This document shows positions 27,702 through 37,332 of a stretch of 64,000 nt of DNA, piece by piece. Numbering within the stretch: the stretch's first letter is position 1; each line of letters opens with the position of its first letter. The stretch lies in contig CAZJEQ010000001.1 of assembly GCA_964545165.1 (NCBI GenBank), positions 65,971-129,970 of the forward strand, in the 5' to 3' direction. Origin of the DNA: an uncultured Candidatus Saccharibacteria bacterium. GTDB taxonomy: Bacteria; Patescibacteriota; Minisyncoccia; Phycocordibacterales; UBA2100. The notes under the pieces were generated by a model. That model did no database searches. It was not told the origin of the DNA and saw only the letters and a program-made list of their open reading frames with translations. The position numbers were made by a program, and so were the translations under genes.

Positions 27702-29483
27702 ATGACGGTCATCGAACAGGCACGAAAAGGCGCAGACGGCATCCTGGTCATCGGGAATCATCCGGTGATGGTGCAGGCGATTTTGGATTTTGATTTTCTC
27801 GCCGGCAAACAAACGCCGTCGATCATCGGTATGATCGCGGGGACGCGTAAGACACAGAAATTCTTTTTTGGCACCTCAGAGATTCTCGTTCCGTGCTTCA
27901 AATCGCTCGCCAAAGTGCCAGCAGGATTGGATGCTCGGGTGAAGTGGATGCTCAATGCACAATCCGGTCGCCGTACATTTGAGAGCACGGTGCAATTCTT
28001 CGAGCGTTTCCCAGAAGCCCTCGGCGGACACCTCTTTGCAGAAAATGTGCCCGAGAGTCACGCGACGGAATTAATTCGTCGCTTCGGCTCTCGCTATGTC
28101 ATCGCCGGTCCTTCGGGTGTGGGGATTCTCGTCTCGGGCCACCTCAAGCTTGGCGCCATCGGCGGCGTGGACCTCGCGCAGATCGAGGCGGGCAAGCTCC
28201 ACACGCCGGGTACCATCGCGGTTGTCTCGACCTCGGGGGGTATGACCAATGAGCTCATTCGCGCTGTCTCAGCGCGCGGCAAGCGAGTCTCATTCTCCAT
28301 TTCTATCGGCGGCGATCGGTTTCCCGTGACGTCGCTCACCGATGTACTCTCGCTTGCAGAAGCGGACGAGGAAACGAAAGCGATCGTGTACTTCGGTGAA
28401 TTGGGCGGCTCAGATGAGTATGAAATCGTCGAGATGATCAAGGGAGGGAAGCTCACCAAGCCCATCCTCTGCTACATCGCGGGTGTCATCGACGAGGCCT
28501 TCGACGAGCACATGCAGTTTGGTCATGCCAAAGCGCTCGTCGCACGCAAAGACGAAAGCGCGCGTGCCAAACGCGATGCGCTCTCGGCGGCAGGTGCGAT
28601 CGCGCCGGCGTCCTTCCCGCAATTCCTCACCGAAATCGAGAAGCTTCCCGGCGAGAGTCGTGATAGAGTCGTGGATGTAACACCGCTTATGAATCGCAAG
28701 GCAAGCATTCTTTCGACCCGTAAAATCGTCGATCTCGAGGCGGTCCCGGTATTTGTAAAAGACGGTGCGCTCGTGAAGCAGCCAGAAAATGCCTTCGCGG
28801 CAGCAGCGATCAAGGCGATGATCGGCAAGGAAGTTTCTCCCGAAACCGCCGCACTCGTCGAAAATATTTTTGAACTCCTTATTGATCACGGCGGTCATGT
28901 CTCCGGTGCGGTCAACACCATGATCACTGCTCGTGCCGGCAAAGACATGGTCTCCTCTCTCGCGACCGGACTTCTCACCGTAGGTCCGCGATTTGGTGGC
29001 GCGGTGAACGAAGCTGCGCGTGCGTGGCACGAGGGCGTGCAGGGCAAGAAAGATGCCGCCGTCTTCGTCGAGGAGAAAAACCGCGCCGGACAGCTCCTCT
29101 CGGGTATCGGCCATCGCAAATACCGCGTCGGTATCCCTGATCCGCGTGTCGCCGCGATTGCAGAATTCTCCACACTGCTCTCTGCGCATCCGCACTACGA
29201 TTTTGCGCGCGCCGTCGAAGGTGTCACGACTGCCAAGAACGGGAATCTCATTCTGAATGTCGATGGTGTCATGGCCGCGCTCATACTCGATATGCTTGCC
29301 GAGAAAGACGGCTTTACGGATGCAGAGCTCCAGGAGCTGATCGACGCGGAATTTTTCAATGCACTCTTTGTCATCCCGCGCACTGTCGGTTTCATCTCGC
29401 ACTTCATCGAACAAAAAAAGAATGACGAGGGACTCTTCCGCTTGCCGGACGAACTCCTCTTCGAGCAAGGGGATAGTGAGTAG
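27702..29483 (+). CDS. aclA: ATP-citrate lyase alpha (large) subunit: CoA-binding/SucD-like + citrate-synthase-like domain
   Basis: MVQAILDFDF, EILVPCFKSL, GGDRFPV, QFGHAKA (phospho-His), HGGHVSGAVNTMITARAGKDMVSSLATGLLTVGPRFGGA, GIGHRKYRVGIPDPRV, LILNVDGVMAALILDML all parallel ACLY blocks. Confidence 0.85.
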   Translation: MTVIEQARKGADGILVIGNHPVMVQAILDFDFLAGKQTPSIIGMIAGTRKTQKFFFGTSEILVPCFKSLAKVPAGLDARVKWMLNAQSGRRTFESTVQFFERFPEALGGHLFAENVPESHATELIRRFGSRYVIAGPSGVGILVSGHLKLGAIGGVDLAQIEAGKLHTPGTIAVVSTSGGMTNELIRAVSARGKRVSFSISIGGDRFPVTSLTDVLSLAEADEETKAIVYFGELGGSDEYEIVEMIKGGKLTKPILCYIAGVIDEAFDEHMQFGHAKALVARKDESARAKRDALSAAGAIAPASFPQFLTEIEKLPGESRDRVVDVTPLMNRKASILSTRKIVDLEAVPVFVKDGALVKQPENAFAAAAIKAMIGKEVSPETAALVENIFELLIDHGGHVSGAVNTMITARAGKDMVSSLATGLLTVGPRFGGAVNEAARAWHEGVQGKKDAAVFVEEKNRAGQLLSGIGHRKYRVGIPDPRVAAIAEFSTLLSAHPHYDFARAVEGVTTAKNGNLILNVDGVMAALILDMLAEKDGFTDAELQELIDAEFFNALFVIPRTVGFISHFIEQKKNDEGLFRLPDELLFEQGDSE

Positions 29484-29614
29484 CCCCGGGCTTCCCGCAT
29501 GTGCTCCGGGGTCGGGAATTTATTGCTATAAATTTCCTCCGTTTCGCGCCGACGCGCTGCAAAGACCCCGTCACACATACAGGAAGCCCGGGTCTTGGTG
29601 GTAGAATTATTTGA

Positions 29615-31627
29615 ATGCCTCCTTCGGATCATGAACAAGAGCGTGTCGAGCGCTTGAAGCGCGCAATGTATAGCCGCGACCTTTCGGGCAAGCTGAAAGA
29701 GCGCCCGCGCCATGAGCTCGACGATGGGAAGGCGCCGGTAGGAGAGGACTGGGTGCGCCCTGAGCCGAGCATCGCCGGTGTCCCTGTCGCACCCAAGGTC
29801 TTGCACATGACACGATCACTCCTCAAATGGTTTCTCATGATCGCCGTCCTGTTTTTTGTCGTGGCGGTTGCGTTTTTCGTCTACTTCTTTGCATTTGGCT
29901 CCGGATCGCACCCGGCGTCGCCGAGCAACATCGACATTACCGTCACCGGCCCGCCGACCATTGCGGGGGGAGAAATATCAGAGTTACAGGTGGTCATCCA
30001 GAATCGCAACAATGTCCCGCTCGAGCTTGCTGATCTGGTAGTGAACTTCCCATCGGGAACACGTTCGCCGGCGGATTTTGCAACCGATCTGCCATCGACC
30101 CGTATTCCACTCGGCACCATTCCTCCTGGTGGAAAGCGACAGGGGACCATTCCTGCCGTCTTCTCCGGTGCAGGCTCATCGAAATCGAATGTGTTGGTTC
30201 AGTTGGAGTATCGTGTCGGCGGATCTAATGCAATTTTCCTGGCCAAGCGCGATTACGCGATTACCTTCCGCACCTCACCGATCGTGATATCGATTGACGG
30301 CAATACCGAGACGGTCTCGGGTCAGCCCGTGCGCTTTACCGCCAATGTCGTCTCCAATGCGAGTGCGCCGCAAAAAGATATCGTGCTTCATATCGACTAT
30401 CCTTTTGGTTTTTCTCTTACGGGTGCTGATCCTTCGCCAAACGCTGCGAATACCTGGTACTTGGGAGACTTTGCGCCAGGCGAAGTAAAGTCGGTGGAGA
30501 TCAATGGCACCGTGCGCGGTGAGCCAGGCGACGCGCGCGTGTTTCATCTCACGGCGGGCACGCGCAAGAGTCCGCAAGCATCGACGATCGACACCAAGCT
30601 TGCCGATAGCACGCACCCGATGCGCATCTCAGACTCTTTCCTCGGTCTCTCGATTGGCATCAATAGCGGATCGAAAACAGCGCCGGAGTCAGATCCGTTT
30701 ACGACCGTGCTCTCAACACAAGGTGCGGCGATCGTTGGTCCTGGTGAGACGGTCGCGGTCACCGTCTCATATGTAAACAATCTTTCGACCGCGATTACCG
30801 ACGCCATTATCGTAGCCCGGCTCACGGGGCTCCCGATAGATGGCTCAACCGTACGCACTACCGACGGCTTCTATCGCTCGAGCGATGGCGTGGTTCTGTG
30901 GGACAAAACGACGACCAAAGGAAAGCTCGGTACGATTGCTGCGGGTGCGCATGGGACGCTTTCCTTCACCTTCAAGGCACCGGACATTAAAGCGATCAAC
31001 GGCAGTGCCGCGGTGGACATTAGCGTCAACGCGGCAGGTAAGCGCGCCTCGGAGACAAACGTCCCGCAAAATCTGCAGTCTGCCGCCGTAAAGAAAGTGC
31101 AAATCGCATCCAATCTGCAGCTGTTTGCGCAGGGCCTGTACTACACCAATCCCTTCCTCGAAAATCGTGAAGGTCCTATGCCGCCGAAGGCACAGATCGA
31201 GACCAACTACGGCCTCCTCTTTACCATCACCAATACGACAAGCCGCATAACCAATGCACGCCTTACGGCGCATCTGCCGTCCTATGTGCGCTGGCTCGGC
31301 AAATATGCTCCTGGCTCGGCTGCCATAACAGTGAGTGCGGCGGATGGGACCGTGACGTGGAATGTGGGCGATATTGCGCCCGGTACCGGCATCACGGGGA
31401 CGGAGCCGCTCCAGGCAGCAATCCTGGTCGGCTTTACACCCTCAACCTCACAAATCGGCCAGGTCCCGGTCTTGCTCGAAGATATCGTGCTCACTGGTAC
31501 CGATAGCGCGACCGGTCAGAAGATCATATGCGGCGAGAGCACGACCAGCTGTGCCGCCAAGGACATTACGACCAATCTCTCGGGAGATGCGGGCTTCAAT
31601 CCGGGCGATGGCATCGTTGCGCAATAG
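29615..31627 (+). CDS. hypothetical single-pass membrane protein with large extracellular beta-rich repeat domain (DUF11/CARDB-like)
   Basis: ORF track 670 aa. TM helix at ~70-95. S/T/G-rich repetitive beta-type sequence. TAGAAT box 7 nt before the ATG. Confidence 0.55.
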   Translation: MPPSDHEQERVERLKRAMYSRDLSGKLKERPRHELDDGKAPVGEDWVRPEPSIAGVPVAPKVLHMTRSLLKWFLMIAVLFFVVAVAFFVYFFAFGSGSHPASPSNIDITVTGPPTIAGGEISELQVVIQNRNNVPLELADLVVNFPSGTRSPADFATDLPSTRIPLGTIPPGGKRQGTIPAVFSGAGSSKSNVLVQLEYRVGGSNAIFLAKRDYAITFRTSPIVISIDGNTETVSGQPVRFTANVVSNASAPQKDIVLHIDYPFGFSLTGADPSPNAANTWYLGDFAPGEVKSVEINGTVRGEPGDARVFHLTAGTRKSPQASTIDTKLADSTHPMRISDSFLGLSIGINSGSKTAPESDPFTTVLSTQGAAIVGPGETVAVTVSYVNNLSTAITDAIIVARLTGLPIDGSTVRTTDGFYRSSDGVVLWDKTTTKGKLGTIAAGAHGTLSFTFKAPDIKAINGSAAVDISVNAAGKRASETNVPQNLQSAAVKKVQIASNLQLFAQGLYYTNPFLENREGPMPPKAQIETNYGLLFTITNTTSRITNARLTAHLPSYVRWLGKYAPGSAAITVSAADGTVTWNVGDIAPGTGITGTEPLQAAILVGFTPSTSQIGQVPVLLEDIVLTGTDSATGQKIICGESTTSCAAKDITTNLSGDAGFNPGDGIVAQ

Positions 31628-31664
31628 GATTCTATTTCGGACTGTTCTACGGTAGACTCTTCTC

Positions 31665-32990
31665 ATGTCGGACGTAACGATGGACAAGATTATCTCGCTC
31701 TGTAAGCGCCGTGGCTTTATCTACCCGGGCTCTGAAATCTACGGGGGACTCTCCGGCACCTGGGATTACGGCCCGCTCGGCATCGAGCTCAAGAACAACG
31801 TTAAGCAGCTCTGGTGGCGCATGTTTGTGCATGATCGCGAAGACATGGCAGGCGTCGACGCGGCGATTTTGATGAATGCAGACGTCTGGAAGGCCTCCGG
31901 CCACGTCGCAGGCTTTTCTGACCCACTCGTCGAATGCTCCAACTGTAAGAATCGTTTCCGTGCTGATCATCTCGAGGACGCAGATGTGTGTCCGTCGTGT
32001 GGCAAGAAGGGTACGATCGGTGAAGCACGACAATTCAACATGATGTTCCAGACGCAGATCGGTGCGACCGAAGACGCGTCGTCGGTCTCATACTTGCGCC
32101 CCGAGACAGCTGGAGGTATCTTCGTGAATTTCAAAAACGTCGTCGATTCGCTCCATCCGAAGTTGCCGTTTGGTATGGCACAAATCGGTAAGGCATTTCG
32201 CAATGAGATCGCGCCGCGTGATTTTATCTTCCGCTCGCGTGAATTCGAGCAGATGGAAATCGAATATTTCATCAAGCCATCGGAGTGGGAGGGGAGCTTT
32301 GAGGAGTGGCGCCAGCAGGTGCATGCCTTTATCGATGCGGTTGGTATCGCGCGCGAAGGAGTGCACGAGCTGGAGGTCGCCGACGATGATCGCGCGCATT
32401 ACTCCAAGCGCACGATTGATTTTGAATTTGATTTCCCGTTTGGTCGCAAAGAATTGTACGGACTCGCATACCGCACGGATTTTGATCTCTCCGCACATGC
32501 TGGAGCGTCCAAGCAGGAGCTCTCGATCATCGTTGATGATGCCACGGGTGAAAAAATCGTACCGCACGTGATCGAGCCGTCGTTTGGCGTCGATCGCACT
32601 ATCCTCGCGATTCTCGCCAGCGCATACACCGAAGATGAGCTTGGTGGGGAAGTGCGCACCTATCTGAAATTTGCTCCCGCTGTTGCGCCGATCAAGGCAG
32701 CGGTATTTCCGCTCCTCAAGAACAAACCTGAACTCGTGGAGAAGGCGCGTGAGATCTATGCGGCGCTCAAGCGCGAAGTGCCGCAGATCATGTGGGACGA
32801 CAACGGCAACATCGGTAAGCGCTATCGTCGCCAGGATGAGATCGGCACGCCGCTCTGTATCACCATCGATTTCGATACGCTCGGAGAAAATCCAGAATTG
32901 CTCGACACGGTCACCGTGCGCGACCGCGACAGCGGAGCACAGCAGCGCGTCCATGTGAGTGAGTTGACAAAACTGCTGAAATTTGCATAA
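31665..32990 (+). CDS. glyQS: glycine--tRNA ligase, alpha2 (eukaryote/archaeal-like) type
   Basis: RRGFIYPGSEIYGGLSGTWDYGPLG and class II motifs. 441 aa. Confidence 0.95.
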   Translation: MSDVTMDKIISLCKRRGFIYPGSEIYGGLSGTWDYGPLGIELKNNVKQLWWRMFVHDREDMAGVDAAILMNADVWKASGHVAGFSDPLVECSNCKNRFRADHLEDADVCPSCGKKGTIGEARQFNMMFQTQIGATEDASSVSYLRPETAGGIFVNFKNVVDSLHPKLPFGMAQIGKAFRNEIAPRDFIFRSREFEQMEIEYFIKPSEWEGSFEEWRQQVHAFIDAVGIAREGVHELEVADDDRAHYSKRTIDFEFDFPFGRKELYGLAYRTDFDLSAHAGASKQELSIIVDDATGEKIVPHVIEPSFGVDRTILAILASAYTEDELGGEVRTYLKFAPAVAPIKAAVFPLLKNKPELVEKAREIYAALKREVPQIMWDDNGNIGKRYRRQDEIGTPLCITIDFDTLGENPELLDTVTVRDRDSGAQQRVHVSELTKLLKFA

Positions 32991-33057
32991 TATCGCGCAG
33001 GTTAGCGTACGCCGCTCCCTCGCGGTGTCACCAACCGTCAACAGACGGAGAACAAGA

Positions 33058-33507
33058 ATGTCAAATCTGGTGGTGCTCATCAGTCGTCCCACGAGACGAG
33101 GTACGGTCAAGTGGAGTCTGATCAACAGCGTGATGCTGGTTGCCGTTGGCGAACGGGCTCGCTTCGCCATCATCTACCTCCCTCATCTGCGCAAGCCGCT
33201 GAGTCACGAAGATTTGCGTGTCATCAGCGCCTATCACGATGGGTGGCCAACGGGTGAGATCACGGCCGATGGTCGAACCGTCTTCATGGCGGTACCGCTT
33301 GAGCAGGTAGGGCGAGGTGATCTCGCACGCCTGCGCCGGCTGCTCGAAGACATGATCGGCGACGATATCGTGGAACTGAATGCCTCGGTCGACAACTTCG
33401 ACGTCTTGTACGAAGAGATTCTCGACCGCGTCCATGCGCCGCGGCTGCCGCGGATCACCAGAACATTGCCAAAGCGCGTCCGACAAAAGCGCGCGGCAAC
33501 TAGTTAA
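33058..33507 (+). CDS. hypothetical protein
   Basis: Track ORF trimmed to MSNLVV. No motif recognised. Confidence 0.3.
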   Translation: MSNLVVLISRPTRRGTVKWSLINSVMLVAVGERARFAIIYLPHLRKPLSHEDLRVISAYHDGWPTGEITADGRTVFMAVPLEQVGRGDLARLRRLLEDMIGDDIVELNASVDNFDVLYEEILDRVHAPRLPRITRTLPKRVRQKRAATS

Positions 33508-33592
33508 GCGGGAGCTGTCTCCGCTGTCGACCTCGTTTTTCCCTGGGAAGGAGAAACGAGGTCATCTTTTTTATAAAGCCGTACATGCTACG

Positions 33593-34666
33593 ATGCGCCG
33601 TATGAGCGAGCGGATCATGAATATTTCCATCACTCCTGGTACGGTCGTCAAAACGATCGTTATCCTCGGCCTGGCCGCCCTCTTCTACAAAATCTTCGAT
33701 ATTGTCCTCATCGTGCTCGTGGCGATTACGATTGCCTCGGCGATTGAGCCAGGCGTCGCCGGTCTCGTCGCGCGCAAAATTCCACGTATCTTGGCGGTTA
33801 TTTCGATCTACTTGCTGATGTTTAGCGTGTTTTTTGTGATGTTCTATTTCTTCCTCCCGTCTGTGCTGGAAGATTTCGCGACGTTTATTTCGCAGCTGCC
33901 ATCCTATCTTGAGAACTTCACGCGCAGTGGTGCATTCGATACGTATTCCAAGATTCTTGGACTGCCCGCGCCCACTGATGCATCCGCCGAAGAGATGATG
34001 GCGGGTATTCGAGGATTTTTTGATCTCGGTGCGGCCTTCGGCAATCCGATTGCTGCAGCAGGCGCTATTTTCGGCGGGCTCTTCTCCTTTATGATCATCG
34101 TGATCTTTTCGTTTTACTTTGCGGTGATCGATACGGGTGTCGATGATTTCCTCCGCATCGTGACGCCCAAGTCGTATCAGTCGTACATCCAAGGACTCTG
34201 GAAGCGCTCACAGAAGAAGATCGGTCTGTGGATGCAGGGGCAGCTTATCTTGGCAGTCATCATCGGCGTACTGGTCTTCCTTGGCCTCACGATCATCGGA
34301 GTGCCGCATGCGCTCGTGCTCGCGGTGATTGCGGCGTGTTTCGAGCTCATCCCGGTATTCGGCCCAACGCTCTCGGCAGTGCCGGCGATCATCATCGGAT
34401 TCGTCTATGGCGGTCCGCTCACGGGCCTCGTGGTGATCGGGCTCTACGTGGTCTTGCAGCAGTTTGAAAATCATTTGATCTATCCGCTCGTCGTGACCCG
34501 CGTCGTCGGCGTCTCGCCGATCCTCGTGATTCTCGCACTCATTATCGGCGCCGATCTCTTCGGCTTCGCCGGTGTTATTCTCTCGGTCCCTGCTGCGGCC
34601 GTCCTCCAGGAATTTGTGCGCGATCTGCAGGCAGGGCGACTGCCGTTTCAGCAGCAGGAAGCATAG
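33593..34666 (+). CDS. AI-2E family transporter (UPF0118/PerM-like permease)
   Basis: Eight hydrophobic helices. GxxYGGPLTGLVVIGLYVV...PxLVI pattern typical of the family. Track ORF trimmed to MRRMSERIMN. Confidence 0.7.
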   Translation: MRRMSERIMNISITPGTVVKTIVILGLAALFYKIFDIVLIVLVAITIASAIEPGVAGLVARKIPRILAVISIYLLMFSVFFVMFYFFLPSVLEDFATFISQLPSYLENFTRSGAFDTYSKILGLPAPTDASAEEMMAGIRGFFDLGAAFGNPIAAAGAIFGGLFSFMIIVIFSFYFAVIDTGVDDFLRIVTPKSYQSYIQGLWKRSQKKIGLWMQGQLILAVIIGVLVFLGLTIIGVPHALVLAVIAACFELIPVFGPTLSAVPAIIIGFVYGGPLTGLVVIGLYVVLQQFENHLIYPLVVTRVVGVSPILVILALIIGADLFGFAGVILSVPAAAVLQEFVRDLQAGRLPFQQQEA

Positions 34667-34668
34667 CT

Positions 34669-36105
34669 ATGGCAAAGCCTCTCTACCTCACCACGACCTT
34701 GCCGTACGTAAATGCTGATCCGCACATCGGCTTTGCGCTCGAGATGGTGCAGGCTGATATCCTGGTGCGCTATCGCGGATTGCTCGGTGATGATGTGTTT
34801 TTCACCACGGGCACCGACGAGCACGGCCAGAAATTGTACGAGGCTTCGCAGAAGGCAGGGAAGAGCCCGCAGGAATACGTCGACGAATACGCCGCCAAAT
34901 TCCGCTCACTCAAAGACACATTGAATCTCTCGCCGGATCTGCATTTTATTCGCACCACTGATCCGCATCACATGGCAGCTGCGCAAGAAATCTGGAAGCG
35001 CTGTGCAGCCAAGGGTGATATTGAGAAGCGTACCTACAAGGGTCTCTACTGCGTGGGCGACGAAGCGTTTATGAAAGAGAACGACCTCGTGAATGGTCGC
35101 TGCCCCAATCATCCAAACATGGACCTCGTCGAGCTCGAGGAAGAGAATTATTTCTTCAAGCTCTCGAATTACCAGGAAAAAATCCTCGCGTATCTCTCCC
35201 GCGAAGGCGTGATCGTACCGGAATGGCGTCGCCAGGAGGCGATCACATTCGTCGAGAAAGGGCTCGAAGATTTCTCCATCTCACGCGTGAAAGAGAAGAT
35301 GCCGTGGGGTATTCCGGTCCCAGGCGACGATACGCAGGTGATGTACGTGTGGTTTGACGCGCTCACCAATTACATCTCGACGCTCGGCTGGCCCGAAGAT
35401 CACGACGGTAATTTCAAAAAGTTTTGGGAAGGAGGTGAGGTCATGCAGATGGCCGGGAAGGACCAGGTGCGATTCCAGTCGATCATGTGGCAAGCCATGC
35501 TCATGAGCGCGGGGATCAAAAACACCGATCGCGTCTTCTATCATGGCTTTATCACGAGTGGCGGGCAGAAGATGTCAAAATCGCTCGGCAATGTGATCGA
35601 TCCGATCGCGATTGCTGAGGAATATGGCATCGATGCACTGCGCTTTTTCTTGGCGCGCCACATTCACCCGTTTGAGGATTCCGATTTCACCATGGAGCGC
35701 TTCAAAGAGACGTACAACGCCGATCTCGCCAATGGGCTCGGCAATCTTGCGGCGCGTATCATGACGCTCGCCGAGACGCATCTTGAGCAGCCCATCGAGC
35801 GGCCGGAGCCGACGGGCCTTCCCGACGCCTACACGGGTGCGCTCGCGATCTACGACTACAATCGTGCGTTTGAATATGTCTGGAGCCGCATCGCCGCGCT
35901 CGATCAGCGCATCGCCGAAGAGAAGCCATTCTCGCTGGTGAAGACCGATGTGGAGGCAGGGAAGCGCATGATCGCGGAGCTTGCGGCTGAGCTCTACGCC
36001 ATCGTGCGATTGGTGACGCCGGTGATGCCTGAGACGAGTGCGAAGATCAAAGCGACGATTCTTGCCAACAAAAAGCCGGAAACCCTTTTCCCACGTAAGG
36101 AGTAG
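34669..36105 (+). CDS. metG: methionine--tRNA ligase (short form)
   Basis: PYVNADPHIGFA (HIGH-type) and KMSKSLGN motifs. Confidence 0.95.
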   Translation: MAKPLYLTTTLPYVNADPHIGFALEMVQADILVRYRGLLGDDVFFTTGTDEHGQKLYEASQKAGKSPQEYVDEYAAKFRSLKDTLNLSPDLHFIRTTDPHHMAAAQEIWKRCAAKGDIEKRTYKGLYCVGDEAFMKENDLVNGRCPNHPNMDLVELEEENYFFKLSNYQEKILAYLSREGVIVPEWRRQEAITFVEKGLEDFSISRVKEKMPWGIPVPGDDTQVMYVWFDALTNYISTLGWPEDHDGNFKKFWEGGEVMQMAGKDQVRFQSIMWQAMLMSAGIKNTDRVFYHGFITSGGQKMSKSLGNVIDPIAIAEEYGIDALRFFLARHIHPFEDSDFTMERFKETYNADLANGLGNLAARIMTLAETHLEQPIERPEPTGLPDAYTGALAIYDYNRAFEYVWSRIAALDQRIAEEKPFSLVKTDVEAGKRMIAELAAELYAIVRLVTPVMPETSAKIKATILANKKPETLFPRKE

Positions 36106-36107
36106 GT

Positions 36108-36980
36108 ATGGATACAACGGTCTTTGCGTGGACTATTGCTGCGACTATTTTTGCTGGTCTCCAGACATTTATCGGCAAGGTTGTTGCGCATGAACGACGC
36201 GATTCTGCGTTCAACGGTATATTCATGTACGGAATTTCCGGCGTGGTCGGTGTCGCGTGGCTCGCGACGATGACCGAGGTACCCGCCGCATGGCTCGCCG
36301 TTGCAGCGTTTAGTTTTGCTGGTGGTGGTGTGCATGCGGTGGGAAATTTCTTTCGCATCGAAGCGCTCAAGCATGTCGATAGCGTCATTTTCTTCCCTAT
36401 AAACAAAATACTTGGACCGGTATTAGCGGTACTCGCGGGCGTTTTTATTTTTACGGAGTCGTTGACCCCGACCCAGTACATCGGCATCTTCCTCAGTCTC
36501 ACCGTACCGCTCCTTTTGGTCTCGCAAGCTGAGCATCATCGTCAGAACAATTTAAAAAAGGGAGTTGTCTATCTTTTGTTCGCGACAGCACTCTCGGTAA
36601 TCTCACTTGTCGTGTCAAAAGGAGCCTTTATCTACGGGGGCGACGTCATGTTCGTTATGTTCGGGTCCCAGGTGGCGGGCTTTCTCGTCTCGGTGACAAT
36701 CTTCAAACTCACTCGGGGGAATTTCCACTCCGCATTTTCGATGCCACGACGAGATTTGTGGCTCGGCGTGCTCTCGGGCGTGTTGGGATTCCTGTCGTAT
36801 TTCACCTTCCTGCAGGCTATCAGTGGCGGGTATTTGAGTCTCGTCTACGTCATTCACGCGCACTATATTTTGATCCCCATCGTGCTTGCTGTATGGCTAC
36901 ATCGGGATCATATCGACGCACGTAAGCTCTTTGCCATCGTGGTTTCGTCACTCGCGGTTATTCTTCTGTATAAGGCATAA
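36108..36980 (+). CDS. EamA/DMT-superfamily transporter-like membrane protein
   Basis: Ten predicted TM helices in two similar halves. AAGGAG SD before the ATG. Confidence 0.45.
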   Translation: MDTTVFAWTIAATIFAGLQTFIGKVVAHERRDSAFNGIFMYGISGVVGVAWLATMTEVPAAWLAVAAFSFAGGGVHAVGNFFRIEALKHVDSVIFFPINKILGPVLAVLAGVFIFTESLTPTQYIGIFLSLTVPLLLVSQAEHHRQNNLKKGVVYLLFATALSVISLVVSKGAFIYGGDVMFVMFGSQVAGFLVSVTIFKLTRGNFHSAFSMPRRDLWLGVLSGVLGFLSYFTFLQAISGGYLSLVYVIHAHYILIPIVLAVWLHRDHIDARKLFAIVVSSLAVILLYKA

Positions 36981-36988
36981 GACATTGC

Positions 36989-37318
36989 ATGCTTCCGGAC
37001 ACTGATATTGAAGTGCGGGTGATGAAGAGTGGTTTGCGTGCCGTCTTCGCACTCACCGATTTCATGCCGGGCGCGGTGATCTGTACGTGGGATGCGTCGA
37101 ATACATTTACCGACGAGCAGTATGCGGAGCTGTCGATGGAGCAGCGCGCCTTCGTGCGGCGCTTTGACGATACGTGGACATTTATGACCGAGCCGGTGTG
37201 CTACATGCGCCATGATCCGAAGGGTACTGCTATCTCCCGACGTGGCGCGATCGTGGCGATCAAAGAGATACATGCGGGAGAGGAAATTACCATCAATTAC
37301 GAAGCGGCGCTCACATAA
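36989..37318 (+). CDS. small SET-domain protein (putative protein-lysine methyltransferase)
   Basis: VCYMRHDPKGTA...AIVAIKEIHAGEEITINY matches the SET C-terminal signature (F/Y-x-N-H-S-C-x-P-N ... GEELTxDY). Confidence 0.45.
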   Translation: MLPDTDIEVRVMKSGLRAVFALTDFMPGAVICTWDASNTFTDEQYAELSMEQRAFVRRFDDTWTFMTEPVCYMRHDPKGTAISRRGAIVAIKEIHAGEEITINYEAALT

Positions 37319-37332
37319 GCTATAGTGTTTCC

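Noticed and set aside
29486-29597. Inverted repeat CCCCGGGCTTCC / GGAAGCCCGGG in the aclA-downstream intergenic region as a mobile-element end
   Set aside because: Single occurrence with no recombinase nearby. It fits a GC-rich terminator plus promoter spacer.
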